NCBI GenBank assembly: GCA_030826765.1
Contig: JAUUDM010000029.1
Location: 42,181-106,180 of the forward strand
DNA length: 64,000 nt
From: Nautiliales bacterium
Lineage (GTDB): Bacteria > Campylobacterota > Campylobacteria > Campylobacterales > JAADDX01
Direction of reading: 5' to 3'
Shown here one piece after another: positions 50,692 to 60,966 of the stretch. The notes under the pieces were generated by a model that saw nothing but the letters and a program-made list of their open reading frames with translations, did not search any database and had not been told where the DNA came from. The first letter of the stretch is position 1. Every line of letters begins with the position of its first letter. A program made the translations under genes and the position numbers.

Positions 50692-51063
50692 ATGCAAAAA
50701 ATTCATACAAAAAATGCCCCTGAAGCAATAGGTCCATATTCACAAGCTATCAAAATAGGTAATTTCATCTATACATCAGGACAAATTGCACTTACTCCAA
50801 ACGGAGAATTTTTAGGTGGAAATGTGACAGCTCAAACAAAACAAGTATGTGAAAACCTAAAAGCTGTATTAGAAGAAGCTGGTGCAAGTCTTCAAAATGT
50901 AGTAAAAACTACAATATTTTTAGCAAATATGGATGACTTCAATGATTTAAATATTGTATATGGAGAATATTTCTCTCACAAACCTGCAAGAAGTACAGTT
51001 GCTGTAAAAACTTTACCAAAAAATGCTCTTGTAGAAATAGAGTGTGTTGCTTATATAGACTAA
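50692..51063 (+). CDS. ridA: RidA/YjgF-family reactive-intermediate deaminase
   Basis: 123 aa with [20 protein letters not shown] and VEIECVA. Confidence 0.88.
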   Translation: MQKIHTKNAPEAIGPYSQAIKIGNFIYTSGQIALTPNGEFLGGNVTAQTKQVCENLKAVLEEAGASLQNVVKTTIFLANMDDFNDLNIVYGEYFSHKPARSTVAVKTLPKNALVEIECVAYID

Positions 51064-51071
51064 TATAAACT

Positions 51072-51093
51072 TACTCTCTTTTTGAGAGTATTT
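51072..51093 (+). terminator. Hairpin TACTCTC-TTTTT-GAGAGTA followed by TTT downstream of ridA
   Basis: The 7-bp arms are exact complements and the hairpin begins 9 nt after the stop. The T-tract is short. Confidence 0.5.
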
Positions 51094-51207
51094 AAAGTAA
51101 TATCTTTAAAAGAGATTTTATGTTTCAACTTAATTTAAGCTTAATTTAAACTTTATTTTGATAAAATACCACACTAAAAAATCAAACCACTTCAAAGGTG
51201 ATATAAA

Positions 51208-51516
51208 ATGTATGCTATCGTAAAAAATGGTGGAAAACAATATAAAGTTCAAGAAGGTGATATTTTACTATTTGATAAAATGAATTTAGAACCAAAAACT
51301 GAAATTGAACTTGATGTTTTACTATTAGATAATAATGGTGATGTAAAAATAGGAACTCCAGTAGTTGCAAATGCTAAAGTTAAAGCTGAAGTAATCAACG
51401 AAGGTAGAGGAGAAAAAGTTATAATCTTCAAAAAAAGAAGAAGAAAAGATTCTAAGAAAAAAAGAGGTTTCAGAAGAGACTTCACAAGAGTTAGAATTAC
51501 TAAAATCGAAGCGTAA
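51208..51516 (+). CDS. rplU: 50S ribosomal protein L21
   Basis: [18 protein letters not shown]... canonical L21 N-terminus. The antisense track ORF 51249..51560 was rejected. Confidence 0.92.
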   Translation: MYAIVKNGGKQYKVQEGDILLFDKMNLEPKTEIELDVLLLDNNGDVKIGTPVVANAKVKAEVINEGRGEKVIIFKKRRRKDSKKKRGFRRDFTRVRITKIEA

Positions 51517-51527
51517 AGGAGACTGAT

Positions 51528-51785
51528 ATGGCTCATAAAAAAGGACAAGGGTCCACTCAAAATAATAGAGACTCAGCTGGTAGAAGATTAGGTGTCAAAA
51601 AATTTGGTGGTGAATTTGTAAGAGCTGGTAATATCATTATCAGACAAAGAGGAACAAAAGTTCATCCTGGAAATAACGTAGGAATCGGAAAAGATCATAC
51701 AATTTTTGCTTTAACTGATGGATTTGTAAAATTTGAAGTTAAAGATAAAAAAAGAAAAAAAGTTTCAGTTTATACTGAAAAATAA
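51528..51785 (+). CDS. rpmA: 50S ribosomal protein L27
   Basis: [24 protein letters not shown]... canonical L27 sequence. Confidence 0.92.
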   Translation: MAHKKGQGSTQNNRDSAGRRLGVKKFGGEFVRAGNIIIRQRGTKVHPGNNVGIGKDHTIFALTDGFVKFEVKDKKRKKVSVYTEK

Positions 51786-51832
51786 TTCCCCTTCTTCTCT
51801 CTTCGGAGACTTTCAAAAATTCCCCTAATTTA

Positions 51833-51841
51833 TGTTATAAT
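51833..51841 (+). promoter_or_regulatory. Extended -10 element TGtTATAAT upstream of obg
   Basis: Exact TGnTATAAT lies in the 131-nt rpmA-obg spacer. Confidence 0.4.
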
Positions 51842-51916
51842 TATTAAATAATTTATTATTTTAAAGTCTATACTTATATATTTTAAAATAATATAAAATT
51901 AAATCAAAGGCAATTA

Positions 51917-52987
51917 ATGTTCGTAGATAATGTAAAAATAAAAGCAACAAGTGGAAAAGGTGGTGCAGGATGTGCATCTTTTCATAGAGAAAAATTTATC
52001 ATCAAAGGTGGTCCTGATGGTGGAAATGGTGGAAAAGGTGGAGATGTCTATATTTTAGCAGATAAAAACTCTCATACTTTATCACATTTTACTGGGACTA
52101 AACATATAAAAGCACAAAATGGAAAACCAGGAAAAAGTAGAAATTGTTATGGAAAAGGTGGAGAAGATGCTTATATCATCGTACCACCTGGAACGCAAAT
52201 ATTTGACGAAGAAACTGGTGAACTTTTGGCTGATATGAAAGAAGATGGACAAAAAGTTAAACTTCTTGAAGGTGGAAAAGGAGGACTGGGAAATGTTCAT
52301 TTCAAAAGCCCTACTAATCAAAGACCAACATATGCACAACCAGGACTTCCTGGAGTTACAAAAGAACTAAGATTAGAGCTTAAATTAATTGCAGATGTAG
52401 GACTTGTAGGTTTTCCAAATGTTGGCAAATCAACACTTATTTCAAGTATCTCAAACGCTGAGCCTGAAATAGCAAACTACGAATTTACAACAATTACACC
52501 AAAACTTGGAGTTGTAAAAGTTGGAGATTATGACAGTTTCGTAATGGCTGATATTCCTGGAATTATAGAAAATGCAAGTGAAGGAAAAGGACTTGGAATT
52601 GAATTTTTAAGACATATAGAAAGAACTCAAATTCTTCTTTATATGATAGATTTAGCAAACTATAGAGACCCTGTAACTCAATTTAAAACTTTACAAAAAG
52701 AAGTTAAAAAATATTCAGAAGTTTTATCAAAAAGAAAATTTGCAATAGCTCTTACAAAAGCAGATTCAACAATTCCCGAAATGGTAGATGATTTCTTTGA
52801 GAAAATAAACATAACACCAACAAATTCATCTAAATTTGGACTAAAAACAGATTTATCTAACTATTTTGGAGAAAATCCTGAATTTATTATTCCAATTTCA
52901 TCTGTAACTCACTACAATATAGAACCGCTGAAATGGGCTTTATTTGATATTGTTAAGGAAAATAGAAAGAATGCGAATAGTAATTAA
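51917..52987 (+). CDS. obg: GTPase Obg/CgtA
   Basis: Gly-rich Obg fold ([26 protein letters not shown]). G motifs are GFPNVGKST and DIPG. Confidence 0.92.
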   Translation: MFVDNVKIKATSGKGGAGCASFHREKFIIKGGPDGGNGGKGGDVYILADKNSHTLSHFTGTKHIKAQNGKPGKSRNCYGKGGEDAYIIVPPGTQIFDEETGELLADMKEDGQKVKLLEGGKGGLGNVHFKSPTNQRPTYAQPGLPGVTKELRLELKLIADVGLVGFPNVGKSTLISSISNAEPEIANYEFTTITPKLGVVKVGDYDSFVMADIPGIIENASEGKGLGIEFLRHIERTQILLYMIDLANYRDPVTQFKTLQKEVKKYSEVLSKRKFAIALTKADSTIPEMVDDFFEKINITPTNSSKFGLKTDLSNYFGENPEFIIPISSVTHYNIEPLKWALFDIVKENRKNANSN

Positions 52988-53729
52988 AGTAGGAACTGCA
53001 ACACTTTATCAAAACGAAAAACTTTCAAGTAGAATAGATAATTTAGTAGAATTTCTCTCTACTTTAAATAAAAAGAATGAAATAATTTTAGTTTCAAGTG
53101 GGGCAGTAGGTGCTGGATATACCAAATGTAAACTCGATAAAAGTAATATCTCAAACAAACAAGCACTTGCTTCTATTGGGCAACCACTTTTGATGAAAGA
53201 ATATAAAACAAGATTTGAGAAATATAATCAAATTGTAGCTCAAGTTTTATTAACTGCACAAGATTTTGATAGCAGAAAAAGAACCGAGAATGCTAAAAAT
53301 ATGATAGAAGTCTTACTCGATAATAAAGTAATTCCTATTATAAATGAAAATGATGCTGTTTCTATTGAAGAGATAGTTTTTGGAGATAATGACCAATTAA
53401 GTGCCTATGTTGCTCACTATTTTGATGCAGATTTATTAGTTATTTTAAGTGATATAGATGGACTTTATGATTCAAATCCAAAAGAAAATCCAAATGCAAA
53501 ACTATTAAAAATAGTTACTGAAATTGATAAAAGCCTAATGCAAACACCTTGTAATCCAAATGATAAATTTGCGACAGGTGGAATAGTTACAAAACTACAA
53601 GCTGCTGAGTTTTTAATGCAAAAAGGTAAAAATATGTTTTTAGCAAGCGGTTTTGATTTAAGTGATGTTAAATCATTTTTAATTGAAGGTATTCACAAAA
53701 AAGGAACACTTTTTAAAGGAACTAAATGA
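52971..53729 (+). CDS. proB: Glutamate 5-kinase (no PUA domain)
   Basis: I place the start at the ATG at 52971 (MRIVIKVGT..., the usual ProB N-terminus), which overlaps the obg end by 17 nt. Motifs are VSSGAVGAG and NENDAV. Confidence 0.85.
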   Translation: MRIVIKVGTATLYQNEKLSSRIDNLVEFLSTLNKKNEIILVSSGAVGAGYTKCKLDKSNISNKQALASIGQPLLMKEYKTRFEKYNQIVAQVLLTAQDFDSRKRTENAKNMIEVLLDNKVIPIINENDAVSIEEIVFGDNDQLSAYVAHYFDADLLVILSDIDGLYDSNPKENPNAKLLKIVTEIDKSLMQTPCNPNDKFATGGIVTKLQAAEFLMQKGKNMFLASGFDLSDVKSFLIEGIHKKGTLFKGTK

Positions 53730-54178
53730 AAATAGTAGCAAGAAATAGAAAAGCTTTTCACGATTATGAAATTTTAGATAAATATGAAGCTGGAATTGAA
53801 CTTTTAGGAAGTGAAGTAAAAGCTATTAGAATGGGAAGAGTCAACCTAAAAGATAGTTATGTAAAAATCCATAATGGCGAAGCGTGGTGGATGCAAGGAC
53901 ACATCTCAAATTTAGAAACTACAAATGTTCATTTTAGACACGATGAAACAAGACCAAGAAGACTTTTATTACATAAAAAAGAGATTGGAAAATTAGCAGG
54001 AGCTACAAGTGAAAGAGGATACTCGCTAATTCCTATTGATTTACACTTCAATCATAAAAACAAAGCAAAACTAACTATTGCAGTAGCCAAAGGAAAACAA
54101 CTCCACGATAAAAGACAAGCTCTAAAAGAAAAAACTCTCAAAAGAGAAGCACAAAGTGCTATGAAAAAGTATATATAA
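53726..54178 (+). CDS. smpB: SsrA-binding protein SmpB
   Basis: [14 protein letters not shown]...[10 protein letters not shown] is a canonical SmpB sequence. Length is 150 aa. Confidence 0.92.
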   Translation: MKIVARNRKAFHDYEILDKYEAGIELLGSEVKAIRMGRVNLKDSYVKIHNGEAWWMQGHISNLETTNVHFRHDETRPRRLLLHKKEIGKLAGATSERGYSLIPIDLHFNHKNKAKLTIAVAKGKQLHDKRQALKEKTLKREAQSAMKKYI

Positions 54179-54307
54179 CAATTATGTTGGGACTATTCCT
54201 CAGTCTGTGTCAAGCCATTAGATAATTGGCAAAAATCTATCTCAAATTAGGCTGAAATTATCTCTCAATTTGCTATAAGATTAGAGAAATATCTGTAGTG
54301 GTTTTTT

Positions 54308-56959
54308 TCAAATAATTTTTAATTCACTTCTTCCATTTTCTTTTTTAATAACTTGAATTTGTTTAGGAATCTCCTCTTTTAGAGAATCAACGTGTGAAAT
54401 AATTCCTATCATTTTACCTGCACTTGCATCTTTTAAAATATTCAAAGCATTACTTAATGTATTATTATCAAGTGAGCCAAAACCTTCATCTAAAAATAGA
54501 GTCTCTATTTGAACCTTTTGTCTAATCATATCACTAAGTCCAAAACTGAGAGCCAATGAAGCTAAAAATGATTCTCCTCCAGACAAAGTAGCCACTCCTC
54601 TTTTTTGATTTTCATTAAACTTATCTATTACAAACAAATTAAGTTTTTCAATATCATCATTATTTTCAAAAACATATCTATGATTTGAAAGTTTATCTAA
54701 GTGCATATTTGCAATATAAATTAACTCCTGCATCATAAAATTTATTGCGATTTTTTTGAATTTTTTACCATCAGAAGAGCCAATTAAATCATTTAATTTC
54801 GTATATAATTTCAAATCAACATTTAATTTTTCTTTTTGACTGTTTAACTCTTTAAATTTTTCAATATCTTTTTGAATATTTGTAATAATTTGAACTGTTT
54901 TTCCAAGTTCTTCTGAAAAATTTCTAATTTTCCCACTAATTTCATTTTTTAATGTTTCATAATCTTTATCTTCAATAGTTATATTTTCTAATTTTATATT
55001 ATTTTGAACTATTTTCTTAGATTTTTCTTCTTTTAGTTTATTATTTGTATTTATTTTATTTTCTATTTCATTTAAACTCTGTAATTTATTATTAAATAAC
55101 CCATTTAATTCTTGATTTTTTTGAATTAATTCATCTTTTTTATCATAAACATTATCAAACTGCCCTACTTTTTTTGCTAATTCTTCTTTTAATACACGGG
55201 CATTTTGCAAATGCGTTTTATACTTTTTTTCTAAATTTTTAACTCCATCTTTTATTTCATCTAATTGAATATTTTTTTCTTTTATTATTTTAAAGTTTTC
55301 TTCTATTCTTGTACTTAAAACTTTTATATCAGATTCAATTTTGTTTTTGATTTCTAAATTTTTATCACTCTCTTCTTTTTGTTTTTTTAATTCATCAAAT
55401 TCAAAAACTTTTATATTTTTATTTTCAAAACTTTTTTCTATCTCTTCTATTTTATTTTTAGCAACTTTTAACTCTTTAGAGTTTTCTTCACTCCATTTAT
55501 TAATTATACTAATCTCTTGTTCAATCTCTTTTACTTCTTTTTCATCTTTTTTTAGCTCTTCTTGAAGCTTTCTATACTCTTTTTCATCCACTTTTGGTGC
55601 ATTTATTTTATAAGGATGATTCAGGCTACCACATAAAGGACAAGGCTCGTTATCTTGAAGCTCCATCCTATCTTTTTCATATTTTAAAACTTTAATCTTT
55701 GCTTCTAAATATTCCAATTTTTCACTATTATTAGAAATTAAATTTTTTAATTTTTCTTTTTTATTTACTAATTTTTTCTTTTTTTGTATATTTATATCTA
55801 AATTTTTATTTAATTCAATTTTCTTTTTTTGTAAATTATCATATTCAACTTTTACAGGAATTAATTCTTGAATATATTCAAATTTTTTATTATTTTTTAT
55901 ATTTAAAGAATTTAATTTTTTATTTAAATTTTCTATTTCTTCTTTATGTTTTTTAATCAATTCATTTAAATTATTTATCTCTTTTTGCAACTTTTCTTTA
56001 TTACTTATTTTAATATCTTTCTCTTTTTTTATATTTTCTAAAAATTGTCTTAGTTCTATTGCTTTATCAAGTTTACTTAGATTATTTGATAAATCCTTTT
56101 CAAAATCTGTTTTTTCTTTTTGTAAATTTTCAAACTCTTCTTTTAGAAGTAAACTCTGTTTTTTTAAATTAATATTTTGATTATCTAACTCTTTTATATC
56201 TTCTTTTGATTTTTGATTTTCATCTAATAATTGATTTTTTAAAGTAACTTGTTTTATATTTTCTTCTACATTTTCAAGTTCTATTTCTAATTTTTCTAAA
56301 TCTTTTTTAAGCTGTTTTTCTTTTTTTATATTTTCATCTAAAATAGATTTATCTTTATATTCAATATCATCTATAAATTTATTTATATCAATAATTGAAT
56401 TTTCTATTTCTCTTTTCTTAGTAAAAATCTTTTTAGAAATTAATTCATACTCTTTAATTGGTAAAATTTTTTCTAAAACTTTTATTTTTTCATCATCTTT
56501 GGCTTTTAAAAACGCATCAAATTCACCTTGTGCTAAAATTATAGCTTTTGTGAATTGCTCAAAACCTAAATTTAAAATTTTACTAATCTCTTTATCAAAT
56601 TCTGTTGTTTTATCCGCAATTTGTGATTCATTTTTATAAAGAGCTCTTTTAATATTTCCAATTGTTTTATCTTTTTTTCTTTTTACTTCCCAAATAGCAG
56701 TAAATTTATCATTTTCTACACTAAAATTAAGTTTTATATAAGCTTTATCACTGATATTATTTAACAAATCCTTTGGATTATTTCCAAGTCTTGGAGTTTT
56801 ATTATAAAGCACTGCACAAATAGCATCAAAAATAGTTGTTTTTCCACTACCAGTAGCACCTGTTATCAAAAACAGTTCATTTTCTAATTTTGTAAAATCA
56901 ATTTTTTTCTCTCCAACAAAAGAGTTTATATTATTAATTACTAATTTTTCCAGTTTCAT
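54308..56959 (-). CDS. sbcC: SbcC (Rad50-like) nuclease ATPase subunit
   Basis: Walker A is GATGSGKTT. A long K/E/N coiled coil carries the zinc hook CPLCGS. The signature motif is LSGGESF and Walker B is LFLDEGFGSLD. Confidence 0.9.
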   Translation of the reverse strand: MKLEKLVINNINSFVGEKKIDFTKLENELFLITGATGSGKTTIFDAICAVLYNKTPRLGNNPKDLLNNISDKAYIKLNFSVENDKFTAIWEVKRKKDKTIGNIKRALYKNESQIADKTTEFDKEISKILNLGFEQFTKAIILAQGEFDAFLKAKDDEKIKVLEKILPIKEYELISKKIFTKKREIENSIIDINKFIDDIEYKDKSILDENIKKEKQLKKDLEKLEIELENVEENIKQVTLKNQLLDENQKSKEDIKELDNQNINLKKQSLLLKEEFENLQKEKTDFEKDLSNNLSKLDKAIELRQFLENIKKEKDIKISNKEKLQKEINNLNELIKKHKEEIENLNKKLNSLNIKNNKKFEYIQELIPVKVEYDNLQKKKIELNKNLDINIQKKKKLVNKKEKLKNLISNNSEKLEYLEAKIKVLKYEKDRMELQDNEPCPLCGSLNHPYKINAPKVDEKEYRKLQEELKKDEKEVKEIEQEISIINKWSEENSKELKVAKNKIEEIEKSFENKNIKVFEFDELKKQKEESDKNLEIKNKIESDIKVLSTRIEENFKIIKEKNIQLDEIKDGVKNLEKKYKTHLQNARVLKEELAKKVGQFDNVYDKKDELIQKNQELNGLFNNKLQSLNEIENKINTNNKLKEEKSKKIVQNNIKLENITIEDKDYETLKNEISGKIRNFSEELGKTVQIITNIQKDIEKFKELNSQKEKLNVDLKLYTKLNDLIGSSDGKKFKKIAINFMMQELIYIANMHLDKLSNHRYVFENNDDIEKLNLFVIDKFNENQKRGVATLSGGESFLASLALSFGLSDMIRQKVQIETLFLDEGFGSLDNNTLSNALNILKDASAGKMIGIISHVDSLKEEIPKQIQVIKKENGRSELKII

Positions 56960-58016
56960 CTTCTACCTCTTTTTGGATTTGTTTAAAAATATTTACTATT
57001 TCTGTGCTACTTTCATCATCTTTTAGCATTTTTTCTATAATATTTAAAGGAGTTAGCGTTTCTATTTCTTCTTTTATCTCTTTTGGAGTGTAAGGAATTT
57101 GAATTTTTACAATATGAATATTTGGATTTATTTTTCTCATATCAGTTAAATCACTACTTGATACTATTTCTTCTAAATTAATTTCTACAAAAGAATCTTC
57201 TTTTAATTCTTCTAACTTCTTACTAACTTCTAACAAAGTTCCATTTAAACTTATAAATTCTCGAAATTTAGGAACTTCTATTTTTTCTATTTTCCAAATA
57301 CTAGTGTCTAAAATAATCATAGATTTTTGGTAATTTTCTGTAAAACTTAAGCTAAGAGGAGAGCCAGAATAATAAATATTTTCTTTTATTTTTTGAGATT
57401 TGTGAATATGTCCAAGAGCTACATAATCATATCCTTCAAAAATATCACTCCCGATACTCTCTAAATTTCCTATATAAATCTCTCTTTCACTATCTCCTAA
57501 AACTGAGCCATAAGCTGTTAGATGTCCTGTAGCTATTACTTTTTTACCATATTTTTTAGCTTCTTTTAAAGCATTTTGATAAATAGATTTTATTGCTACA
57601 CTTAAATTTTCATCAATCTTTCTTAAAATTCCTTCTCTTAAAAAAGAGACAGCTACTACAACTACCTCATCTAATTCAATTATTTTTAAATAATCATCAC
57701 TAGCCCCACTTATAACTTCAATATTCATACTTTTTAGTAATTCTTTTGGAGCTCTTAGTGTATTTGCACTATCGTGATTACCTCCGACAATTATTGTTTT
57801 TATATCAACTGATGCTAAAAAATCATAATATTGTTTTAATGCACTGTTTGAAGGAAAATAAACATCAAAAATATCTCCACTAACTATAAATAAATCAATA
57901 TTTTCTTTTTTTATAGTTTGTTTTAAAAATTCAAAAAATTTTTCAAATTCATCACTTCTATCAATTCCAGAAAAATTATGTCCAATATGTAAATCACTTG
58001 TATGTAAAATTTTCAT
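56934..58016 (-). CDS. sbcD: SbcD (Mre11-like) nuclease subunit
   Basis: Phosphoesterase motifs HTSDLHIGH, SGDIFD, GGNHDS and GHLT...ALGHIH. It overlaps sbcC by 26 nt. Confidence 0.9.
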   Translation of the reverse strand: MKILHTSDLHIGHNFSGIDRSDEFEKFFEFLKQTIKKENIDLFIVSGDIFDVYFPSNSALKQYYDFLASVDIKTIIVGGNHDSANTLRAPKELLKSMNIEVISGASDDYLKIIELDEVVVVAVSFLREGILRKIDENLSVAIKSIYQNALKEAKKYGKKVIATGHLTAYGSVLGDSEREIYIGNLESIGSDIFEGYDYVALGHIHKSQKIKENIYYSGSPLSLSFTENYQKSMIILDTSIWKIEKIEVPKFREFISLNGTLLEVSKKLEELKEDSFVEINLEEIVSSSDLTDMRKINPNIHIVKIQIPYTPKEIKEEIETLTPLNIIEKMLKDDESSTEIVNIFKQIQKEVEDETGKISN

Positions 58017-58110
58017 CTTATTCCTTAGAAAAGTTTTTATGATTATAGCTAGTTAAATTGAGATAGTATAAAAGAAAGTAAATAAGTAAAGTGTTAAGAA
58101 CAACCTAAAT

Positions 58111-58338
58111 TTATAGGTTGTGTTCTTTTTTGTATTCTAGAACCATAGCATAAGCTTCATCTTTTAGAGCAAGTTTTTCTTTTTTTAGTTTTTCAAGTTC
58201 TAAATCATCCAATGGAAGTTCTCCACTTTCAGCTTTTTGAATTTTATCATCTAGTTCATTATGTTTTTCAAAAATTTTATGAAAATGTGCATTTTCAACT
58301 TTTAATTTTGAAACTATGTCTTTGTATTCGTGTAACAT
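58111..58338 (-). CDS. DUF465 (YdcH-like) small protein
   Basis: 75 aa. The sequence L..EN..F..L...H..LD..I matches the DUF465 pattern. Confidence 0.7.
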   Translation of the reverse strand: MLHEYKDIVSKLKVENAHFHKIFEKHNELDDKIQKAESGELPLDDLELEKLKKEKLALKDEAYAMVLEYKKEHNL

Positions 58339-58390
58339 ATAATCTCCTTCTTTTTTTAAAATTATAACAAATAAAACTTAAATATTTATA

Positions 58391-59569
58391 TTAAGTTCTA
58401 TAATCTGCATTAATTTTTACATATTCATAACTCAAATCACATCCATAAGATGTAAATTTACCTTCACCTAAGCCTAAATCACAAATTATTCTAAATTCAT
58501 CTTTTTTCATAACTTTAGCAGCTTTAGCTTCAATCTCTTTATCAAAATAAATTTCACCCTTATCATAAACTAAAATATTTTCAAATGATATTTTTAGTTT
58601 TTCTTCATCACATTCACATCCACTAGCCCCTATTGTAGAAGCAATTCTTCCCCAGTTTGGATCTTCTCCAAAAATAGCAGTTTTTACTAAAAGTGAATTA
58701 GATAAAGCTTTTCCGATTTTTTGAGCTTCTTCTTTTGTTTTAGCACCTTTAATATCAAAAGCCACTAATTTATTTGCACCTTCTCCATCTTTAACAATAT
58801 CAAATGCAAGTTTTTGAAGTGTTAATCTAAGAGCTTCTTTAAAAGCTTCTTTTTCATATCCAGCTTTTTTAGTTGTAAGTAAAAAGCAACTATCATTTGT
58901 AGAAGTATCCCCATCCACACTAATTGCATTAAAACTCGTCTCAACCACTTCTTTTAGTAATTCTTGCTTATCATCAGTTATATTTGCATCAGTTACCACA
59001 AAACAAAGCATTGTAGCCATTGCAGGATTTATCATACCAGCACCTTTTGCAATAGCCCCTATTCTAAATTTTTCACCATTTTCTAATGTAACTTCAAAAG
59101 CTATCTCTTTTTCATAACTATCTGTCGTCATTATTGAACGAGCTACTTTTTTATCATCTTTTTCTAATTCAAACTTTTCAATACCTTTTTTAAGTTTTTC
59201 TTTATCAAGTCTTACCCCAATTACACCAGTTGAACTCATAATTGGATTAATTAACTCTTTATTAAATTTCTCTTTTGTAAATTCTAATAATTCTTTTATA
59301 TCTTCTATTCCTTTTTTACCAGTCATAGCATTTGCATTTTTAGAATTTAAAAGTAAAAAATTAGTTTGTTTTATATTATTAGCTAAAACATATTTAATTG
59401 GAGCTGCTTGAAATTTATTAGTTGTAAAAGTATAGGCCACATCACATAAATTTTCACTATAAATATAACCTAAATCATAATCATCTTTTTTGAATCCACT
59501 TTTTACACCACTTGCATAAAATCCATCAACTGCTGTAATACTTCCATTTATTGGTATAATTTTAAACAT
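58391..59569 (-). CDS. argJ: Bifunctional ornithine acetyltransferase / N-acetylglutamate synthase ArgJ
   Basis: Autoprocessing site PAMATMLCFVVTDA and C-terminus DLSYEYVKINADYRT. I place the start at the ATG at 59569 (MFKIIPING...), which overlaps the upstream gene's end by 8 nt. The track start at 59629 would lie deep inside that gene. Confidence 0.88.
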   Translation of the reverse strand: MFKIIPINGSITAVDGFYASGVKSGFKKDDYDLGYIYSENLCDVAYTFTTNKFQAAPIKYVLANNIKQTNFLLLNSKNANAMTGKKGIEDIKELLEFTKEKFNKELINPIMSSTGVIGVRLDKEKLKKGIEKFELEKDDKKVARSIMTTDSYEKEIAFEVTLENGEKFRIGAIAKGAGMINPAMATMLCFVVTDANITDDKQELLKEVVETSFNAISVDGDTSTNDSCFLLTTKKAGYEKEAFKEALRLTLQKLAFDIVKDGEGANKLVAFDIKGAKTKEEAQKIGKALSNSLLVKTAIFGEDPNWGRIASTIGASGCECDEEKLKISFENILVYDKGEIYFDKEIEAKAAKVMKKDEFRIICDLGLGEGKFTSYGCDLSYEYVKINADYRT

Positions 59570-60680
59570 ATTGTGCTTCCTTTGGTTTTTTCGAACTTCT
59601 AAGTAAAATTCTTGCTCTTTTAAGGCCATCTTTTGTTCCCATTAAATATAATATATCATCTACATTAAGTATAATATCACCTTTAGGCATTGGAATAAAT
59701 TTAGAATTTTTATCTTTTATCCCCACAACTGAAACATTTGTTAAATCTCTTAAATGAGTCTCTTTAAGTTTTTTAAAAATAACCCAAGATTGTTTTGGAA
59801 TTCTAAGTTGTTCTAAATTTATATTACTTTCTGAATATAAAAATTCTTCTAAAAGATTTTTAATTTTATTATCTTTTGCAATAGCAGTTGCTCTTTGTGC
59901 CATTAATTTACTTGGATTTAAAACTTCATTTGCTCCAAGTTTTTTCAATTTTTCTACATCTCTATCTTTTTCACCAATACTCATAATATAATAAGGAATT
60001 CTTCCTAATTCTTGTTCAAATAACCTTACAGATGAAATCATAGCAATATTATCTGCTATATGTTCTGAAAGTGTTATCATTCCTTTTGCACTACTTAAAT
60101 GAGATTTTTTCATCGCTATATCTGTATGAGGTTCTTCTTGGAGATAAAATGGATAATTATACTCTTTTGCAATTTCTTCTAAGTCTTCTCTTGGAGAAAC
60201 TACAACAAAAGGTATATGAGCTTTTCTAAACTCATTTGTAAGTTCAATTGTAAATTGTGTATGATAGCAAATAACATAATGTTTTTTTAATCTTGCAATT
60301 TTATAAAGCATTCTTCTTTCCTTTAAAAGGTTTATTAGCGTACCTCTTCTAATAACTTCAATAACAACCCCAACAGATAGTGCAAATACCATATAACCAA
60401 CAATGATCAAAAATACACTAAAAAGTCTTCCATTATCACTCATAGGATAAATTTCACCATATCCAACTGTTGTAAAGGTAATACCTGTTTCATAAAAAGC
60501 CATAAATACATCTACATTATCAATAGCAACATATCCAAGTGTTCCAAATAAGAAAACTAAAATAATTAAAATTACAGGAAGTCTAAAAGGTTTTAATTCT
60601 GAATAAATTTGTGGGGAGATATTATATTCTGGTTTAGGTGTTGGTTCCCAATGTAGAAATTTTTGAAGTTTTTTAATCAT
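59562..60680 (-). CDS. Potassium channel protein (2-TM pore with TVGYG filter plus RCK/TrkA-like domains)
   Basis: Selectivity filter TFTTVGYGE. Two TMs are followed by a cytoplasmic region of about 250 aa. The start is uncertain between the ATG at 60680 and the track TTG at 60695, and neither has a strong RBS. Confidence 0.8.
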   Translation of the reverse strand: MIKKLQKFLHWEPTPKPEYNISPQIYSELKPFRLPVILIILVFLFGTLGYVAIDNVDVFMAFYETGITFTTVGYGEIYPMSDNGRLFSVFLIIVGYMVFALSVGVVIEVIRRGTLINLLKERRMLYKIARLKKHYVICYHTQFTIELTNEFRKAHIPFVVVSPREDLEEIAKEYNYPFYLQEEPHTDIAMKKSHLSSAKGMITLSEHIADNIAMISSVRLFEQELGRIPYYIMSIGEKDRDVEKLKKLGANEVLNPSKLMAQRATAIAKDNKIKNLLEEFLYSESNINLEQLRIPKQSWVIFKKLKETHLRDLTNVSVVGIKDKNSKFIPMPKGDIILNVDDILYLMGTKDGLKRARILLRSSKKPKEAQYV

Positions 60681-60708
60681 TAAAACTATTCCCAAAAGGG
60701 AAAAAAAG

Positions 60709-60882
60709 TTAAACTGATTTTTTCATAGTTCTAAGACAAGTAGAACAAACTTTCATTTTTTCTCCATCAATTCTGATAGAGTGTAAATTTGGTAAAAATT
60801 TATGTCTAGTCTTGTTATGAGCATGGCTCACTCTATTTCCAAATTGAGGCCCTTTTCCGCATATATCGCATTTTCTTGCCAT
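60709..60882 (-). CDS. rpmB: 50S ribosomal protein L28 (57 aa; absent from the supplied ORF track)
   Basis: My hand translation of the minus strand gives [57 protein letters not shown]. An AAGGAT RBS lies 6 nt upstream. This is the canonical L28 pattern (MSR.C...GK....GN.VSH....T.R.F.PNL). Confidence 0.9.
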   Translation of the reverse strand: MARKCDICGKGPQFGNRVSHAHNKTRHKFLPNLHSIRIDGEKMKVCSTCLRTMKKSV

Positions 60883-60928
60883 TTTTTATCCTTAGTAAGT
60901 TTTTAGTGGGGTATTATACTAAATTTTT

Positions 60929-60937
60929 TGCTATAAT
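60929..60937 (+). promoter_or_regulatory. Extended -10 element TGcTATAAT upstream of rpe
   Basis: Exact TGnTATAAT lies 30 nt before the ATG at 60967. Confidence 0.45.
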
Positions 60938-60966
60938 TCAAGATATTTTAATAAAAAGGATAAATT

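Noticed and set aside
51249-51560. Track ORF of 103 aa on the minus strand, representative of many antisense ORFs (also 5327..5509, 7403..7606, 9674..9877, 10987..11196, 12513..12734, 14612..14797, 15115..15351, 17841..18032, 18060..18293, 20986..21171, 23647..23850, 25992..26276, 33170..33364, 50232..50462, 52082..52339, 55341..55565)
   Set aside because: Each of these lies wholly inside, or antisense to, a gene with clear family motifs (here rplU/rpmA). The sequences are low-complexity and typical of shadow frames in AT-rich DNA.
54179-54307. Checked for tmRNA (ssrA) next to smpB
   Set aside because: The spacer is only 129 nt long and lacks a tRNA-like acceptor/T-arm ending in CCA and a GGGG... 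5' end.
54900-56400. Highly repetitive A/T-rich, K/E/N-coding sequence that looks like a tandem repeat or CRISPR-like periodicity
   Set aside because: It is the coiled-coil region of SbcC, with the CPLCGS zinc hook in the middle. I found no exact direct repeats of constant length with unique spacers.
58094-58128. Hairpin (AGAACAACCTA / TAGGTTGTGTTCT with a 2-nt bulge) spanning the stop codon of the DUF465 gene
   Set aside because: The T-tract follows it on the plus strand, where there is nothing to terminate. On the relevant minus strand the downstream tract is not U-rich. Terminator function is unproven.
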